From Tubulanus polymorphus (taxonomy: Eukaryota; Animalia; Nemertea): a stretch of 64,000 bases of DNA. The stretch lies in contig NC_134034.1 of assembly GCF_964204645.1 (NCBI RefSeq), positions 14,237,024-14,301,023 on the forward strand, in the 5' to 3' direction. Positions 1-13,472 of this stretch are shown piece after piece (the first letter of the stretch is position 1; every line of letters starts with the position of its first letter). The notes below the pieces were generated by a model. The model made no database searches. It saw only the letters and a list, made by a program, of their open reading frames with translations, and was not told the DNA's origin. The translations under genes and the position numbers were made by a program.

Positions 1-302
1 GAAGGCCAACAGCAGCAGCAGCAGCATCAACAGGGCCAGGGTGAGGGGGAGGGGTGAGGTCCAGGAATGATCCGAATCGAATGAAGTGTTAAGAGTTCTC
101 GACCTCTCTCCATCAAGGAGTAAGCGACACCGCATAGAAATAATTCATAATTTATACAATTAGTAAAACAGAAAATACTCACAAGAACAGCAGCAGCAGC
201 AGCGGTTTTTATCACGTGAAAAAAAGCGAATAAGGTAGAATTATTATTCAACCAGGAAGTAAATTGAATTGATTTCCTTATTTCACGGCTGCGGACAATG
301 AT

Positions 303-1080
303 GGATAGCTCCGAGAATATCTAAATCAGGGTATTCATATCGCTGCAGCCGCATCTCATAAGTTGGAGTCATCAAACCCGCGACGCTTGCCAGTGTTTGA
401 TTGCCTAGGCCCAGTGTACTGAGTGTAACTGACACTAAAGACTGACTACATCTACAAATAATTCCTAATGTTATCACTTTATTACGCAAAAAGTTTTGGC
501 CCTACTAGTGATGGCCTGTGCTGTTTAATAAATGCAGTAACCCTTGTGTTGGCCTGTTTAATAAACGCAGAAACCCTAGTGTTGGCCTGTTTAATAAACG
601 CAGAAACCCTAGTGTTGGCCTGTTAATAAACGCAGAAACCCTAGTGTTGGCCTGACAATAAACGCAGAAACCCTAGTTTTGGCCTGGTGAATAAACGCAG
701 AAACCCTACTGTTGGCCTGATAATAAACGCCGAAACCCTAGTGTTGGCCTGTTAATAAACGCAGAAACCCTAGTGTTGGCCTGTTAATAAACGCAGAAAC
801 CCTAGTGTTGGCCTGACAATAAACGCAGAAACCCTAGTTTTGGCCTGGTGAATAAACGCAGAAACCCTACTGTTGGCCTGTTAATAAACGCAGAAACCCT
901 AGTGTTGGCCTGTTAATAAACGCAGAAACCCTAGTGTTGGCCTGTTAATAAACGCAGAAACCCTAGTGTTGGCCTGATAATAAACGCAGAAACCCTAGTG
1001 TTGGCCTGTTAGTAAACGCAGAAACCCTAGTGTTGGCCTGCAATTTGGATGCCCTGATTTGGATATTCTCGGAGCTGCCC
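303..1080. mobile_element. MITE-like element with ~41-bp imperfect terminal inverted repeats and an internal minisatellite
   Basis: Left end GGATAGCTCCGAGAATATCTAAATCAGGGTATTCATATCGC (303-343) matches the reverse complement of 1040-1080 (GGGCAGCTCCGAGAATATCCAAATCAGGGCATCCAAATTGC). No coding capacity; no clear TSD. Confidence 0.7.
486..1040. repeat. ~31-bp minisatellite (AATAAACGCAGAAACCCTAGTGTTGGCCTGT), ~17 copies
   Basis: Direct tandem copies visible inside the TIR-bounded element. Confidence 0.95.
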
Positions 1081-1249
1081 GTTTCTCGCTGCGAACAAGG
1101 ATTCGATAATAAGATAAAAAGCCACTATCTACAGATTAAAAGAATTTAAAAACAAGAATTTATTTATTCAATCTAAAATATATATAAGACGTTTCGATCT
1201 CATCCTTAGATATCATCGATATAGGAGCATTCCTTCTTCGGATTTCAAA

Positions 1250-3959
1250 ATGGCTGCGCCCATGGAAAACGCTCGAATTTCTCATATTTCTGGTAAAGTA
1301 AGTATTTTGCGAGTCATTCACCTAATTTCCGGTTGATTCTGATACATCCGATCTGGACTGTGGCTAGAATCGGTTTTATATTAAATGACAACTCGTCATT
1401 AGTCTGTCACAGTAACCTGTCTGTTGTGTGTGTGCGGACTCATATACACAACAACAACAACAGTTTAACCTAAGCCCAACGCGACCCCCCAACGATTAGG
1501 TAACTAACTAACTGGTTGTGTGATCTCACACCCGGGCTAGGGGAATAAACCCACTTGCCAGGGTTCCCCCTGATTGCAGTGTCACGCACACAGTTCTAAA
1601 CTGACAATTGATAGTCTTTTCGTTTTCTATTTTCAGGGACGTTGTCTGATAGCTCAGAGATATCTCACAAATGGAAGCACGATATTTGAAGAGCAACCAC
1701 TTATTAGTAGTCAATATTTGTGGAACGCATTTTATAACTATACAGCATGTGATCATTGTATGAAATCATTAGAAACAGCTGAATCAATGGCGCGAAGATT
1801 AACGGCCAATCACGGCTTAGAATTACCTTATAAACAATGCTGTGAAACGAACCCTAATAATCACGTTTCATGCCCGGCCTGCAGGGTAAGTAACTATCCT
1901 TCGATATAGAATGCTTGTTCATAATTTTGTCCTAAACGTTTTCTAATAAAAACTGTCTATTGTAGGTAGTTTATTGCAGTGAAGAATGTCGACTTCAAGC
2001 TTTGAAAAGTTATCACGAAAGTTTATGTCTCAAAGATAGAATAAATGATCCAGAACATCCTATTAATAAATTACAGGAAACTTGGAGGTATGCGGTATTC
2101 ATCTATAAATCTGAACACGATTAGTGTATTTATCCTAATAATTTCACTCAAATGTATTGCAGATCGATGCATTATCCTCCAGAAACGGCCAGTATTATGA
2201 TTATAGTCAGATTACTAGCTTCAATAAAACAGGTAATTTTGAGTACAGCCAAACTCTCATCACATAAGTCGTTGGTTACATGACTTAATGGCTTCTCTAT
2301 TTTTGAATCCAAATTTGTATTTCTAGTAAACAGTAGACTTTGCTCAAGTCTGATCTTTTGGGAGCCAAATTCAGTGATATCCCAGTTGGATTTTATGTAT
2401 TTCCTATTATACTGTCACAAAAAATACTTCTAAAAATATCTGAGTTGAATTGATCCGACTTTGACTGAGTCTGCTGTACATAATAAATGTAAGTCATCAT
2501 TTGGATTAAGTCATTGTGATCATCCTTACAACATTTAACTGTATTTAACTACGTTAAGATCATAGAACTTTTCGTTTGTAATCGGAGCTGTTTAATTTTT
2601 CAGTCGGCAAATAAACCTGAATTATTGGAAAAACTGGGAACATTTTGTCATACGGCGGTTAATGACCAAGAGCAAATAGTGCACAAGTTGTTAGGGGAAA
2701 AATTTCAGGTAATTTACGATAAGAAAAATAGAATTTATTTCATTCACTGTGATGAGTTTCATAAACAGATTTTATCGGTTGTTGTTATCAGGAACAAATT
2801 GAAATTCTACGATTGATGATCAGTGAATTGTTTTACACTGATGACGTTAAAGATGTAAGTATCAAACTCCTAGATTCCTTGAAAACTTCCGTAATTAAAA
2901 TAATTGAAACTAAAAATTATTATCAGAGGACTTCAAGTCTTATCATATTTTGAGAAATAACTCTGGAACCCCTTAAATATTTGGAGTCTACTCCTTGTTT
3001 TTCATAATTCATTGTACATCTGTGTACAACAATGGTTCTTATCGGACACTATCAGCCTGGTACAAATAGACTATAACTGTATTACAAATGACACATTGTG
3101 TCAGCAAGATACCATTTCTCAACAATTGATAAAAAAGGCCTTCAGATTCTGAAATGAGATAATAGTATAAACAATAGTTGAGACTAATATTCTAGTTATT
3201 TACGCCGAGCGGTTTCCGGTCAGTAATTGCGTTACTAGGCACAAACGGACAAGGAATCGGAACAAGTGCTTTAAGCGTTTGGGAGAAAAACGTCGATAAA
3301 CTTCCAGTGACTGACGCTGAAAAACAACAAATAGAATCTTATCTAGATAAACTGTACGAAGATATGGATAAAGGTGAAATGCTGTGGAATTTCTACTATT
3401 TTATTTATTCACTGAATAACGGTCAGTTTTTTTAATAACTGGGTTTTTCTATTGTAACAGAATCAGGATGTTTTTTGGCTTGCGAAGGAACTGGTTTATT
3501 TACGATGCAAGCCGCGTGTAATCACAGTTGTAATCCTAATGCGGAATGTACTTTTCCTTACAATACTAACACCCTGGTTGTCGTAGCTACTGATGATATT
3601 AAAGCCGGACAGGTACGAACAAGGATTTATTGTTTGTTGACCCTTTTTTATAGAAGTAGATTGGACTGTCAATTTCAACCGGGATATTTTTCATCTATTG
3701 CAGGAGATTTGTACGTGTTATTTAGATGAATGTATGAGACAGAGAAGTCGACACACTAGACAGAAATTCTTAAAGTAAGTTCAACTCTCCTAGTTTCCTG
3801 TTCGTCCTGTTTAAATATAGACAGATGTTGTTTAAAATGTTGTTTTATTTCAGGGAGAATTATTTATTCACGTGTCACTGTGTAAAATGTGAGGCAGAGA
3901 AAGATGAACCAGATATTACATCAGAGGAAGAGTCAGAAGATGAAGATATGGATTCCTGA
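1250..3959 (+). CDS. SMYD5: SET and MYND domain protein 5 (lysine methyltransferase), 10 coding exons
   Basis: Exons 1250-1297, 1637-1885, 1966-2087, 2163-2232, 2604-2708, 2792-2854, 3196-3373, 3461-3612, 3704-3774, 3854-3959, all GT-AG and in phase. Motifs: [74 protein letters not shown], post-[15 protein letters not shown] and acidic tail [21 protein letters not shown] at 3995-4000. Confidence 0.95.
2331..2476. mobile_element. Short Tc1/mariner-type MITE in SMYD5 intron 4
   Basis: Starts CAGTAGACTTTGCTCAAGTCTGATC and ends GATCCGACTTTGACTGAGTCTGCTG followed by TA. The same termini occur at 7418-7709. Confidence 0.55.
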
Positions 3960-4094
3960 TTATATCTGCATTTAAATGGTGTTTGAGGTGCTGTAATAAA
4001 TTCCATTCCATAAATACAAACGCCATATCTTTCTTCAGGCCTTAAGAATCTCTATTGTCGTGTTATCATTGGTTGTAAGAACGCGATGATCAGC

Positions 4095-6957
4095 GATGGT
4101 GCGCAACTAGTTTCTCTGTTAACAATCTGTCATCCTATTAATGATGGCCTTCAAATAGTCTCTCTGCAGACAGTCTGTCATCCTATTAATGATGGCCTTC
4201 AAATAGTCTCTCTGCAGACTGTCTGTCATCCTATTAATGATGGCCTTCAAATAGTCTCTCTGCAGACAGTCTGTCATCCTATTAATGATGGCCTTCAAAT
4301 AGTCTCTCTGCAGACAGTCTGTCATCCTATCAATGATGGCCTTCAAATAGTCTCTCTGCAGACAGTCTGTCATCCTATTAATGATGGCCTTCAAATAGTC
4401 TCTCTGCAGACAGTCTGTCATCCTATTAATGATGGCCTTCAAATAGTCTCTCTGCAGACAGTCTGTCATCCTATTAATGATGGCCTTCAAATAGTCTCTC
4501 TGCAGACAGTCTGTCATCCTATCAATGATGGCCTTCAAATAGTCTCTCTGCAGACAGTCTGTCATCCTATCAATGATGGCCTTCAAATAGTCTCTCTGCA
4601 GACAGTCTGTCATCCTATTAATGATGGCCTTCAAATAGTCTCTCTGCAGACAGTCTGTCATCCTATTAATGATGGCCTCCAAATAGTCTCTCTGCAGACA
4701 GTCTGTCATCCTATTAATGATGGCCTTCAAATAGTCTCTCTGCAGACAGTCTGTCATCCTATTAATGATGGCCTTCAAATAGTCTCTCTGCAGACAGTCT
4801 GTCATCCTATTAATGATGGCCTTCAAATAGTCTCTCTGCAGACAGTCTGTCATCCTATCAATGATGGCCTTCAAATAGTCTCTCTGCAGACTGTCTGTCA
4901 TCCTATTAATGATGGCCTTCAAATAGTCTCTCTGCAGACTGTCTGTCATCCTATTAATGATGGCCTTCAAATAGTCTCTCTGCAGACTGTCTGTCATCCT
5001 ATTAATGATGGCCTTCAAATAGTCTCTCTGCAGACTGTCTGTCATCCTATTAATGATGGCCTTCAATTAGTCTCTCTGCAGACTGTCTGTCATCCTATTA
5101 ATGATGGCCTTCAAATAGTCTCTCTGCAGACTGTCTGTCATCCTATTAATGATGGCCTTCAAATAGTCTCTCTGCAGACAGTCTGTCATCCTATTAATGA
5201 TGGCCTTCAAATAGTCTCTCTGCAGACAGTCTGTCATCCTATTAATGATGGCCTTCAAATAGTCTCTCTGCAGACAGTCTGTCATCCTATTAATGATGGC
5301 CTTCAAATAGTCTCTCTGCAGACAGTCTGTCATCCTATCAATGATGGCCTTCAAATAGTCTCTCTGCAGACAGTCTGTCATCCTATTAATGATGGCCTTC
5401 AAATAGTCTCTCTGCAGACTGTCTGTCATCCTATTAATGATGGCCTTCAAATAGTCTCTCTGCAGACTGTCTGTCATCCTATTAATGATGGCCTTCAAAT
5501 AGTCTCTCTGCAGACTGTCTGTCATCCTATTAATGATGGCCTTCAAATAGTCTCTCTGCAGACTGTCTGTCATCCTATTAATGATGGCCTTCAATTAGTC
5601 TCTCTGCAGACTGTCAGTCATCCTATTAATGATGGCCTTCAAATAGTCTCTCTGCAGACTGTCTGTCATCCTATTAATGATGGCCTTCAATTAGTCTCTC
5701 TGCAGACTGTCTGTCATCCTATCAATGATGGCCTTCAAATAGTCTCTCTGCAGACAGTCTGTCATCCTATTAATGATGGCCTTCAAATAGTCTCTCTGCA
5801 GACAGTCTGTCATCCTATTAATGATGGCCTCCAAATAGTCTCTCTGCAGACAGTCTGTCATCCTATTAATGATGGCCTTCAAATAGTCTCTCTGCAGACA
5901 GTCTGTCATCCTATTAATGATGGCCTTCAAATAGTCTCTCTGCAGACAGTCTGTCATCCTATTAATGATGGCCTTCAAATAGTCTCTCTGCAGACAGTCT
6001 GTCATCCTATCAATGATGGCCTTCAAATAGTCTCTCTGCAGACTGTCTGTCATCCTATTAATGATGGCCTTCAAATAGTCTCTCTGCAGACTGTCTGTCA
6101 TCCTATTAATGATGGCCTTCAAATAGTCTCTCTGCAGACTGTCTGTCATCCTATTAATGATGGCCTTCAAATAGTCTCTCTGCAGACAGTCTGTCATCCT
6201 ATTAATGATGGCCTTCAAATAGTCTCTCTGCAGACTGTCTGTCATCCTATTAATGATGGCCTTCAATTAGTCTCTCTGCAGACTGTCTGTCATCCTATTA
6301 ATGATGGCCTTCAAATAGTCTCTCTGCAGACTGTCTGTCATCCTATTAATGATGGCCTTCAAATAGTCTCTCTGCAGACAGTCTGTCATCCTATTAATGA
6401 TGGCCTTCAAATAGTCTCTCTGCAGACAGTCTGTCATCCTATTAATGATGGCCTTCAAATAGTCTCTCTGCAGACAGTCTGTCATCCTATTAATGATGGC
6501 CTTCAAATAGTCTCTCTGCAGACAGTCTGTCATCCTATCAATGATGGCCTTCAAATAGTCTCTCTGCAGACAGTCTGTCATCCTATTAATGATGGCCTTC
6601 AAATAGTCTCTCTGCAGACTGTCTGTCATCCTATTAATGATGGCCTTCAAATAGTCTCTCTGCAGACTGTCTGTCATCCTATTAATGATGGCCTTCAAAT
6701 AGTCTCTCTGCAGACTGTCTGTCATCCTATTAATGATGGCCTTCAAATAGTCTCTCTGCAGACTGTCTGTCATCCTATTAATGATGGCCTTCAATTAGTC
6801 TCTCTGCAGACTGTCAGTCATCCTATTAATGATGGCCTTCAAATAGTCTCTCTGCAGACTGTCTGTCATCCTATTAATGATGGCCTTCAATTAGTCTCTC
6901 TGCAGACTGTCTGTCATCCTATCAATGATGGCCTTCAAATAGTCTCTCTGCAGACAT
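4095..6957. repeat. 48-bp satellite (AATGATGGCCTTCAAATAGTCTCTCTGCAGACAGTCTGTCATCCTATT), ~59 copies, with ~1.2-kb higher-order duplication
   Basis: Near-identical tandem units. Diagnostic TTAGTC variants near 5067/5595/5691 recur exactly 1200 bp later (6267/6795/6891). Confidence 0.97.
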
Positions 6958-7417
6958 CATATTAATGTAATGGAACTGTGAGATGGATGTAACCGGCTCC
7001 ACGACGTCATCCATTGTATGAACAAAATGAACCAACTATAACAAATCGACGTAGAAAATTAACATATATATATATTTTTTTGAATGGCATTATAATCCCA
7101 TTAACAAGATTGTTATTTTAATATTTACATCCAGGCAGTTATTACAATAATGTTTAAGATGCAGAGTTGTTTTTTTCTCTTACCCTTTTAAACACAACTA
7201 GAACACATTATTATTATTTATTATATCTAATTCATAGTTAACGCTAAAATGAAACGATGCACAATTTAACAAATTCACTAAACACAGGCCACAATATTCT
7301 CCATCATACATGTAACATATATATACAGTAAATCTCACAACTCTTGAGGACGAACTCCGACCAACAAAACTAGTGCGAGTTAATGAACAGAAATATTAGA
7401 TAGGAAATCAGAAAACA

Positions 7418-7709
7418 CAGCAGACTCTGCTTAAATCGGATCTGATCAACTAAGAAATACCAGTAACAGCGTTATCGGTCATTTCCATAGTCGTGGCTTA
7501 GTCTGACCAGTTATCTCTTAGTCCTTAAGTCGATCTAACAACTTAAGATCAGTCTTCTGATTTAAGACCACTATTGAACTAAGGAACTATCTCCAGATGT
7601 TTATGGAACTGTTTAATGACTGCTACGTGTGAATAATAGAACACCTTACCCCAATAAGTCGGACTGATTTTCATGGTCCCAACAAGTCCTACTTAAGCGG
7701 AGTCTACTG
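7418..7709. mobile_element. MITE of the CAGTAGACTCCGCTYAAGT family, probably with a nested short element (~7480-7611)
   Basis: CAGCAGACTCTGCTTAA at 7418 and TTAAGCGGAGTCTACTG|TA ending 7709. Internal TTCCATAG...TATGGAAC inverted ends. Confidence 0.5.
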
Positions 7710-8259
7710 TACACTCTTTGTTGATTTAGGCTGCGAGGCTTACTGTAAATCCATTTTACTTTCTACGTAGTTGCTGTAACACTAACGGTGATTAAGCACT
7801 ACTCATTACAGTATAAAACAAATAGAGATTTCATTTTAACGGAACATTCATTCAATCATTAAGTATGTACGTATAAAATAGAGCACATTGAGACGGTCGT
7901 AGATTGTATCATGGCAAAACTTGCTGCTTAATTCCGGCGAAAAAATAAATAGCTTGTTTCTCATATCAGTCTCGTATCTGGCTGGCCACCTATCTACCCG
8001 GTGTATAATTCTTTTTTTTAAAACCATGATCGAGTTCACTTCAACACACCGGGTTGTTGTAGAAATGAACTGCTTACAATTTGTATCGCAGTTCACAAAA
8101 TAACTGATAAGGAGAAACAAGGTGTCATCTTTTAGTTGTGACGATCATTTTGTTGATGACTTAGACTTAGTAAATAGAATTGTAGATAGAAATTGAGTGG
8201 TAGCTACACAGATCGCACACAACATCATTCTCAATGAGAGAGAATATCATACACAATTA

Positions 8260-11200
8260 TCAACTATCTTTCTCTCGATATTTACGAACTCGTTGCCATT
8301 CTCCTGTTTCATAGTTCATTTGGAAGTAAGTATCGACGATCATTTCTTTAAAAGCTCTCGGATCGTCCTCCATCGCTATTTTCTGCACGTCTTCGCTCAG
8401 ACGGATGTTTACGATATCTCCGTGTTGACTGCACGGGTTCACTGAGAATAAACAAATAATACAATATTTCATTCTATCATAATTCACTCTTCAACATTTC
8501 ATGTAAGATTCTATTAAATATTAATCAGAGCTAGGAATTACCCGATCAATCCCACCCATCACTCGGCCTAGTAATCAGTTGAAACTATAGAATATCATCA
8601 GTTGGTTTATATGCCCCCCTTCTGCTCCCTAAATCCGAGGGTTTCGAGGTATAGAAAGATCTTACCTCTAGATCCGGCCATAAAACCGAGAATAAGAGCT
8701 TTCTCCGGGCGAGTGACTTTGTTTGACGTTCGAAAAATCTCTTGAGCATCGACCATTTGCTCCCTCTGTTGAGTAAAGTATGAATTAGTAGATTTTTGCA
8801 AAAGAAGCTGAAAAGTTGATTTCTGAAACTGATTGTAAACTTACCGTTAAACATAGACCTTTCTTCGGTTGTGGATTATTAGTAGTAGTTGAAGTGTTTA
8901 TAACCGGTGGTGTAGGGGGCGCTGTTATTTGTTGCGGTACGGGTATAACCTCGGGTGGTGGTACCGTAGGTACGACAACAGGTGGCGTTGTTGTTGTTGT
9001 TGTTTGTTGAGATTGACCGAGTTGTTGTCGTAATTGTTGTTGCAGATTTTCTCTGGCATTCTGCGTACTCTGTGAGACTGAACCGGTCGCAACTGATAAA
9101 ATATAAAACAAACAAACTTTCATCCAGCGAGTTACTCGGGTTATCTTACATCTAGTGAGTTACTCGGGTTATCTTACAACCAGCGAGTTACTCGGGTTAT
9201 CTTACAACCAGCGAGTTACTCGGTTATCTTACAACCAGCGAGTTACTCGGGTTATCTTACATCTAGTGAGTTACTCGGGTTATCTTACAACCAGCGAGTT
9301 ACTCGGGTTATCTTACAACCAGCGAGTTACTCGGGTTATCTTACAACCAGCGAGTTACTCGGGTTATCTTACAGCCAGCGAGTTACTCGGTTATCTTACA
9401 ACCAGCGAGTTACTCGGGTTATCTTACATCTAGTGAGTTACTCCGGTTATCTTACAACCAGCGAGTTACTCGGGTTATCTTACAACCAGAGTGAGTAAAT
9501 GCTCGTAATGTACTTACTGTTAACAGGAAGAGGTCCCGATACATTAGCTGTGATTGGTAAACGACTAGAACTCGGTGGAACGTAACTAGGAGTTGAAGAT
9601 GATGATACAGTAGAAACTGCCTGTAAATAAACAATCAATAGAAAAACATTTGAACACATTTCAAACGGTTTGTAATTGGATCGAGGAGATATCGCCACCG
9701 GTTACTTACAGAGGGGGCAGGAGACATGAGACCTGCAGCGTAATCAGGAGTTGTATTTACAGTTCCTTGTTCAACTTTATCTTTCTTCGCTATTTCCATA
9801 GCTTCAACTTCTACATTATTAATACAATCATCCAGTTTAATAAGAGTTAAGAGGAAATTATTACAATTGTGGATGAAATTCTAGGTGTATATTAATGTTA
9901 AATCGTTATATCTGAAGTTTAAAATCTAGTCTCATCAGACATGTTTGGGGAATGGGTTTTATGTTGTGACTTTGATATAAACTACAAACCAGCTAATCTT
10001 CTTCTTCTCTTTGCCTCTTTAACACCAACGGGTTGTTCAGTTATATCCAATAACTGTGGGAAAAATGAAACTAATACATTCTAACATGTGACATGTAGAT
10101 GAGCCCGGAATTAAGGTTAACAACTGATTAGAAATAACAAGCTTTAGCCAAATAGTGCATCTTATAGCTTCATCGAGTAGAAAAACTCTTTTACAAAAAT
10201 AATGTTGTAGAGTTTAAGTGACCAATGAAAAACAGACCTTGATTCCTCCTTCCTTTTTGATGTTACTATGAGGAGTACGTTGTCCGAATGGTCCGGCTGG
10301 ATGTAGTCCGGGTCGACTAGTCGGGGTCGAGGGAGACCGGAACATCGCGGACCGCGCTGATAATCCTCGCATCGGTGCTGTCAATATAACATTATATACT
10401 AATCACTCAAACAGACAGTTTAACACAGACCAGCTGCACAGTCCATGAGGTGGTCTTTAAGACTGGTCTCTTGTTCTTAGAGAACTGTGCAACTGGCCCC
10501 CACTGGTATCAACTGTGAAACTGGCTCCCACTGGTATCAACTGTGCAACTAGCCCCCACTGGTATCAACTGTGCAACTAGCTCCAACTGGTATCAACTGT
10601 GAAACTGGCTCCCACTGGTATCAACTTTGCAACTGGCCCCCACTGGTATCAACTGTGCAACTGGCCCCCACTGGTATCAACTGTGCAACTGGCCCCCACT
10701 GGTATCAACTGTGCAACTAGCTCCAACTGGTATCAACTGTGCAACTAGCTCCAACTGGTATCAACTGTGCAACTGGCCCCCACTGGTATCAACTGTGAAA
10801 CTGGCTCCCACTGGTATCAACTGTGCAACTAGCCCCCACTGGTATCAACTGTGCAACTAGCTCCAACTGGTATCAACTGTGAAACTGGCTCCCACTGGTA
10901 TCAACTGTGCAACTGGCCCCCACTGGTATCAACTGTGCAACTGGCCCCCACTGGTATCAACTGTGCAACTAGCTCCAACTGGTATCAACTGTGCAACTAG
11001 CTCCAACTGGTATCAACTGTGCAACTGGCCCCCACTGGTATCAACTGTGAAACTGGCTCCCACTGGTATCAACTGTGCAACTAGCCCCCACTGGTATCAA
11101 CTGTGCAACTAGCTCCAACTGGTATCAACTGTGAAACTGGCTCCCACTGGTATCAACTGTGCAACTGGCCCCCACTGGTATCAACTGTGCAACTGGCCCC

Positions 11201-13302
11201 CACTGGTATCAACTGTGCAACTGGCCCCCACTGGTATCAACTGTGCAACTGGCCCCCACTGGTATCAACTGTGCAACTGGCCCCCACTGGTATCAACTGT
11301 GCAACTGGCCCCCACTGGTATCAACTGTGCAACTGGCCCCCACTGGTATCAACTGTGCAACTGGCCCCCACTGGTATCAACTGTGCAACTGGCCCCCACT
11401 GGTATCAACTGTGCAACTGGCCCCCACTGGTATCAACTGTGCAACTGGCCCCCACTGGTATCTATTCGGTTTAATCTTACTTGTATTGTCCATTCGTTTA
11501 GCAAAACTACGACTTTTAATAGGAACAGAATTCGATGATTTTTTGCTCGTATTATTCGCTGCTTCTAAAGCTGAAAATACAATTTACCAATATATATAAA
11601 CTTGTTATGGTTTGATGGACCTGGAGTAGAGAACACGAGATGAGACCAAGAACAAACAGGTAAAAACTAGGAAATGGACAACTTAAAAAGAGGACATTAG
11701 TTAAATACAATATCTCTTCACGCAAAAAAAACTCAATTCATTATCGAAAACTTACATTTTTGCAGAATTTCCGCCCGTAAAGCTGCTGATTTTGGTTTTC
11801 GTTTGAGAGCGAAATGTTTAGGAGGAATCGGTTGTTGTCCGATTAAAGCGTTATGAGCTGAACGGTTTATATACTGACATTCTAATGGTAAAGTGTTCGT
11901 TGACATTTCAGGAACCTTTTTCACTGAAACACAAACAATTATAATTCATCTCAACAGTATGAAATCAGATCAGTGTTGTGTGAACGATCAGTTTTTGAAA
12001 GTGCGCTGATAAAATGTCGTATGTCTTCTGTTTGTAATTCATTTTCAATTAGAAATGTTTTAGATGAAGTTCAATAGTTCAATGCGAAGGAGCGGTAAAA
12101 CGTCTCGAGAACATGCTTCAGGCTTAGAGATGCAATAGCACTAATTCTCAGCCACTAAAAGTTGGATGTCTTCAATTCCTTGTAGAGAATTAATCAATTT
12201 AATATTCAAACTCACCAACTTTCTTTAAATCGACTAAAACTTCATGAAATGCGGTGTTATTTTCATTGATTTCGTTGTTGATATTTCCACAGCTTGCGTA
12301 TGATTTCAGTATATCGGCTACAGTCGATACCCATTGATCACCGTCATTTATAGCTAAATCAATGATTTCTTCTACATCAGCTTTCCACTACAAAATACAT
12401 CCAAAAACTATAGCATCCTTCAAGCTCCAGGAACCCCAGGTCATCCTTTCAATGGCTTTTCTGACAGGCCTAGGTCTGAATAGTGGTCTGAACTGCTTTT
12501 TCAACAGCAGAAAATGAGGGTCTAGAGAGTTCAGAAGGTTTAGGGAACAGTTTATTAAGGGTTAGGGTAAAGGATATGCTGCATTAGGGAATCAGGCTCG
12601 AAGATGAGATGACCAGAAGTAAAGCAGTTGATTCTTACTCGTTTTAATTAGAAATTAATGATTAAGTGTTGTATGTGACAACCAATTACAGTAGTCCTCA
12701 GCGGAATAAACTGTTCCATGATTTAGTCTAAAACCTGCTTGTCTGAGTCTGAGTCTGCAGACAAGCAGGATCTAGTCCTGCTTGTCTGAGTCTGCAGACG
12801 AGCAGGTTCTAGTCCTGCTTGTCTGAGTCTGCAGACAAGCAGGATCTAGTCCTGCCTGTCTGAGTATGCAGACAAACAGCTTTGAGTCCTTGTCAGACTC
12901 AGAGTCTGAGTCTGCAGACAAGCAGGTTCGAGTCCTGCTGCTGGCTGCTAGCGGGCAACATTTCAAAGGTTGTGGTTCCGTCGTGAAGTTAAATGAATAG
13001 TCCAATAGGGTTAGTCTTATGAGACACGATCCGAACGACGTCAAGCGAGATAAACTAACAATAAATTGACTGATAGGTTTATAAGACAGACTAACCTCTT
13101 CGATGTTTCTCCTTGGAAGATGCATAAACGACAGCAAAAGCTTCACTTTAACATGGGGTTGTAGATTCGGGAAACATTCGTGAATATGTAACAATCTCTC
13201 CTGCGACAGTTGACTACAGATAGATTTCCCCGACCATAGATCATCGGTAGAACCTAATTTGTTATGCAGCCACAGAGCTACATCGTTTTCTCTTCCGGCC
13301 AT
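8260..13302 (-). CDS. NELFA: Negative elongation factor A, 11 coding exons
   Basis: Exons 13302-13096, 12387-12216, 11923-11756, 11570-11481, 10377-10238, 10053-9990, 9810-9710, 9620-9518, 9092-8845, 8765-8666, 8441-8260, all GT-AG. N-terminus DVALWLHNKLGSTDDLW; LPLECQYIN..KHFALKRKPKSAALRAEILQK; IKLLDITE; TPDYAAGL; C-terminal LTREQMVDAQEIFRTSNKVTRPEKALILGFMAGSRVNPC...VDTYFQMNYETGEW. Confidence 0.95.
9122..9490. repeat. 28-bp intronic minisatellite (CAACCAGCGAGTTACTCGGGTTATCTTA), ~13 copies
   Basis: Tandem copies in a NELFA intron; each unit contains the inverted repeat CGAGT-T-ACTCG. Confidence 0.95.
10483..11462. repeat. 28-bp intronic minisatellite (AACTGTGCAACTGGCCCCCACTGGTATC), ~35 copies
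   Basis: Tandem copies fill NELFA intron 4 and explain the overlapping spurious ORFs. Confidence 0.95.
12733..12940. repeat. ~37-bp palindromic repeat (CCTGCTTGTCTG-AGTCTG-CAGACAAGCAGG), ~5 degenerate copies
   Basis: Direct repeats in NELFA intron 1, each an inverted repeat with 12-bp arms. Confidence 0.8.
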
Positions 13303-13401
13303 CTTATTTTTGCGGTGGAAAATCGCCGTAAACTAACGCCATCTACCGGGTTAAAATGAGTTAGCTATAAATAGTAGTTTAGTACCAAATCCTCCGTAGC
13401 G

Positions 13402-13422
13402 GCCTCCGTGGCGCAATTGGTC

Positions 13423-13472
<50 letters not shown>

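Noticed and set aside
1-57. Possible last exon of an upstream gene (EGQQQQQQHQQGQGEGEG*)
   Set aside because: Too short, low-complexity and cut by the window edge.
486-1040. Interstitial telomere
   Set aside because: AAACCCTA occurs once per 31-bp unit, not as tandem telomeric repeats.
10627-11599. Cys/Trp-rich repeat ORFs, and similar ORFs at 21092, 48128-48807, 58007-58760 and 60928-61329
   Set aside because: These are translations of intronic or intergenic minisatellites in several frames or on both strands.
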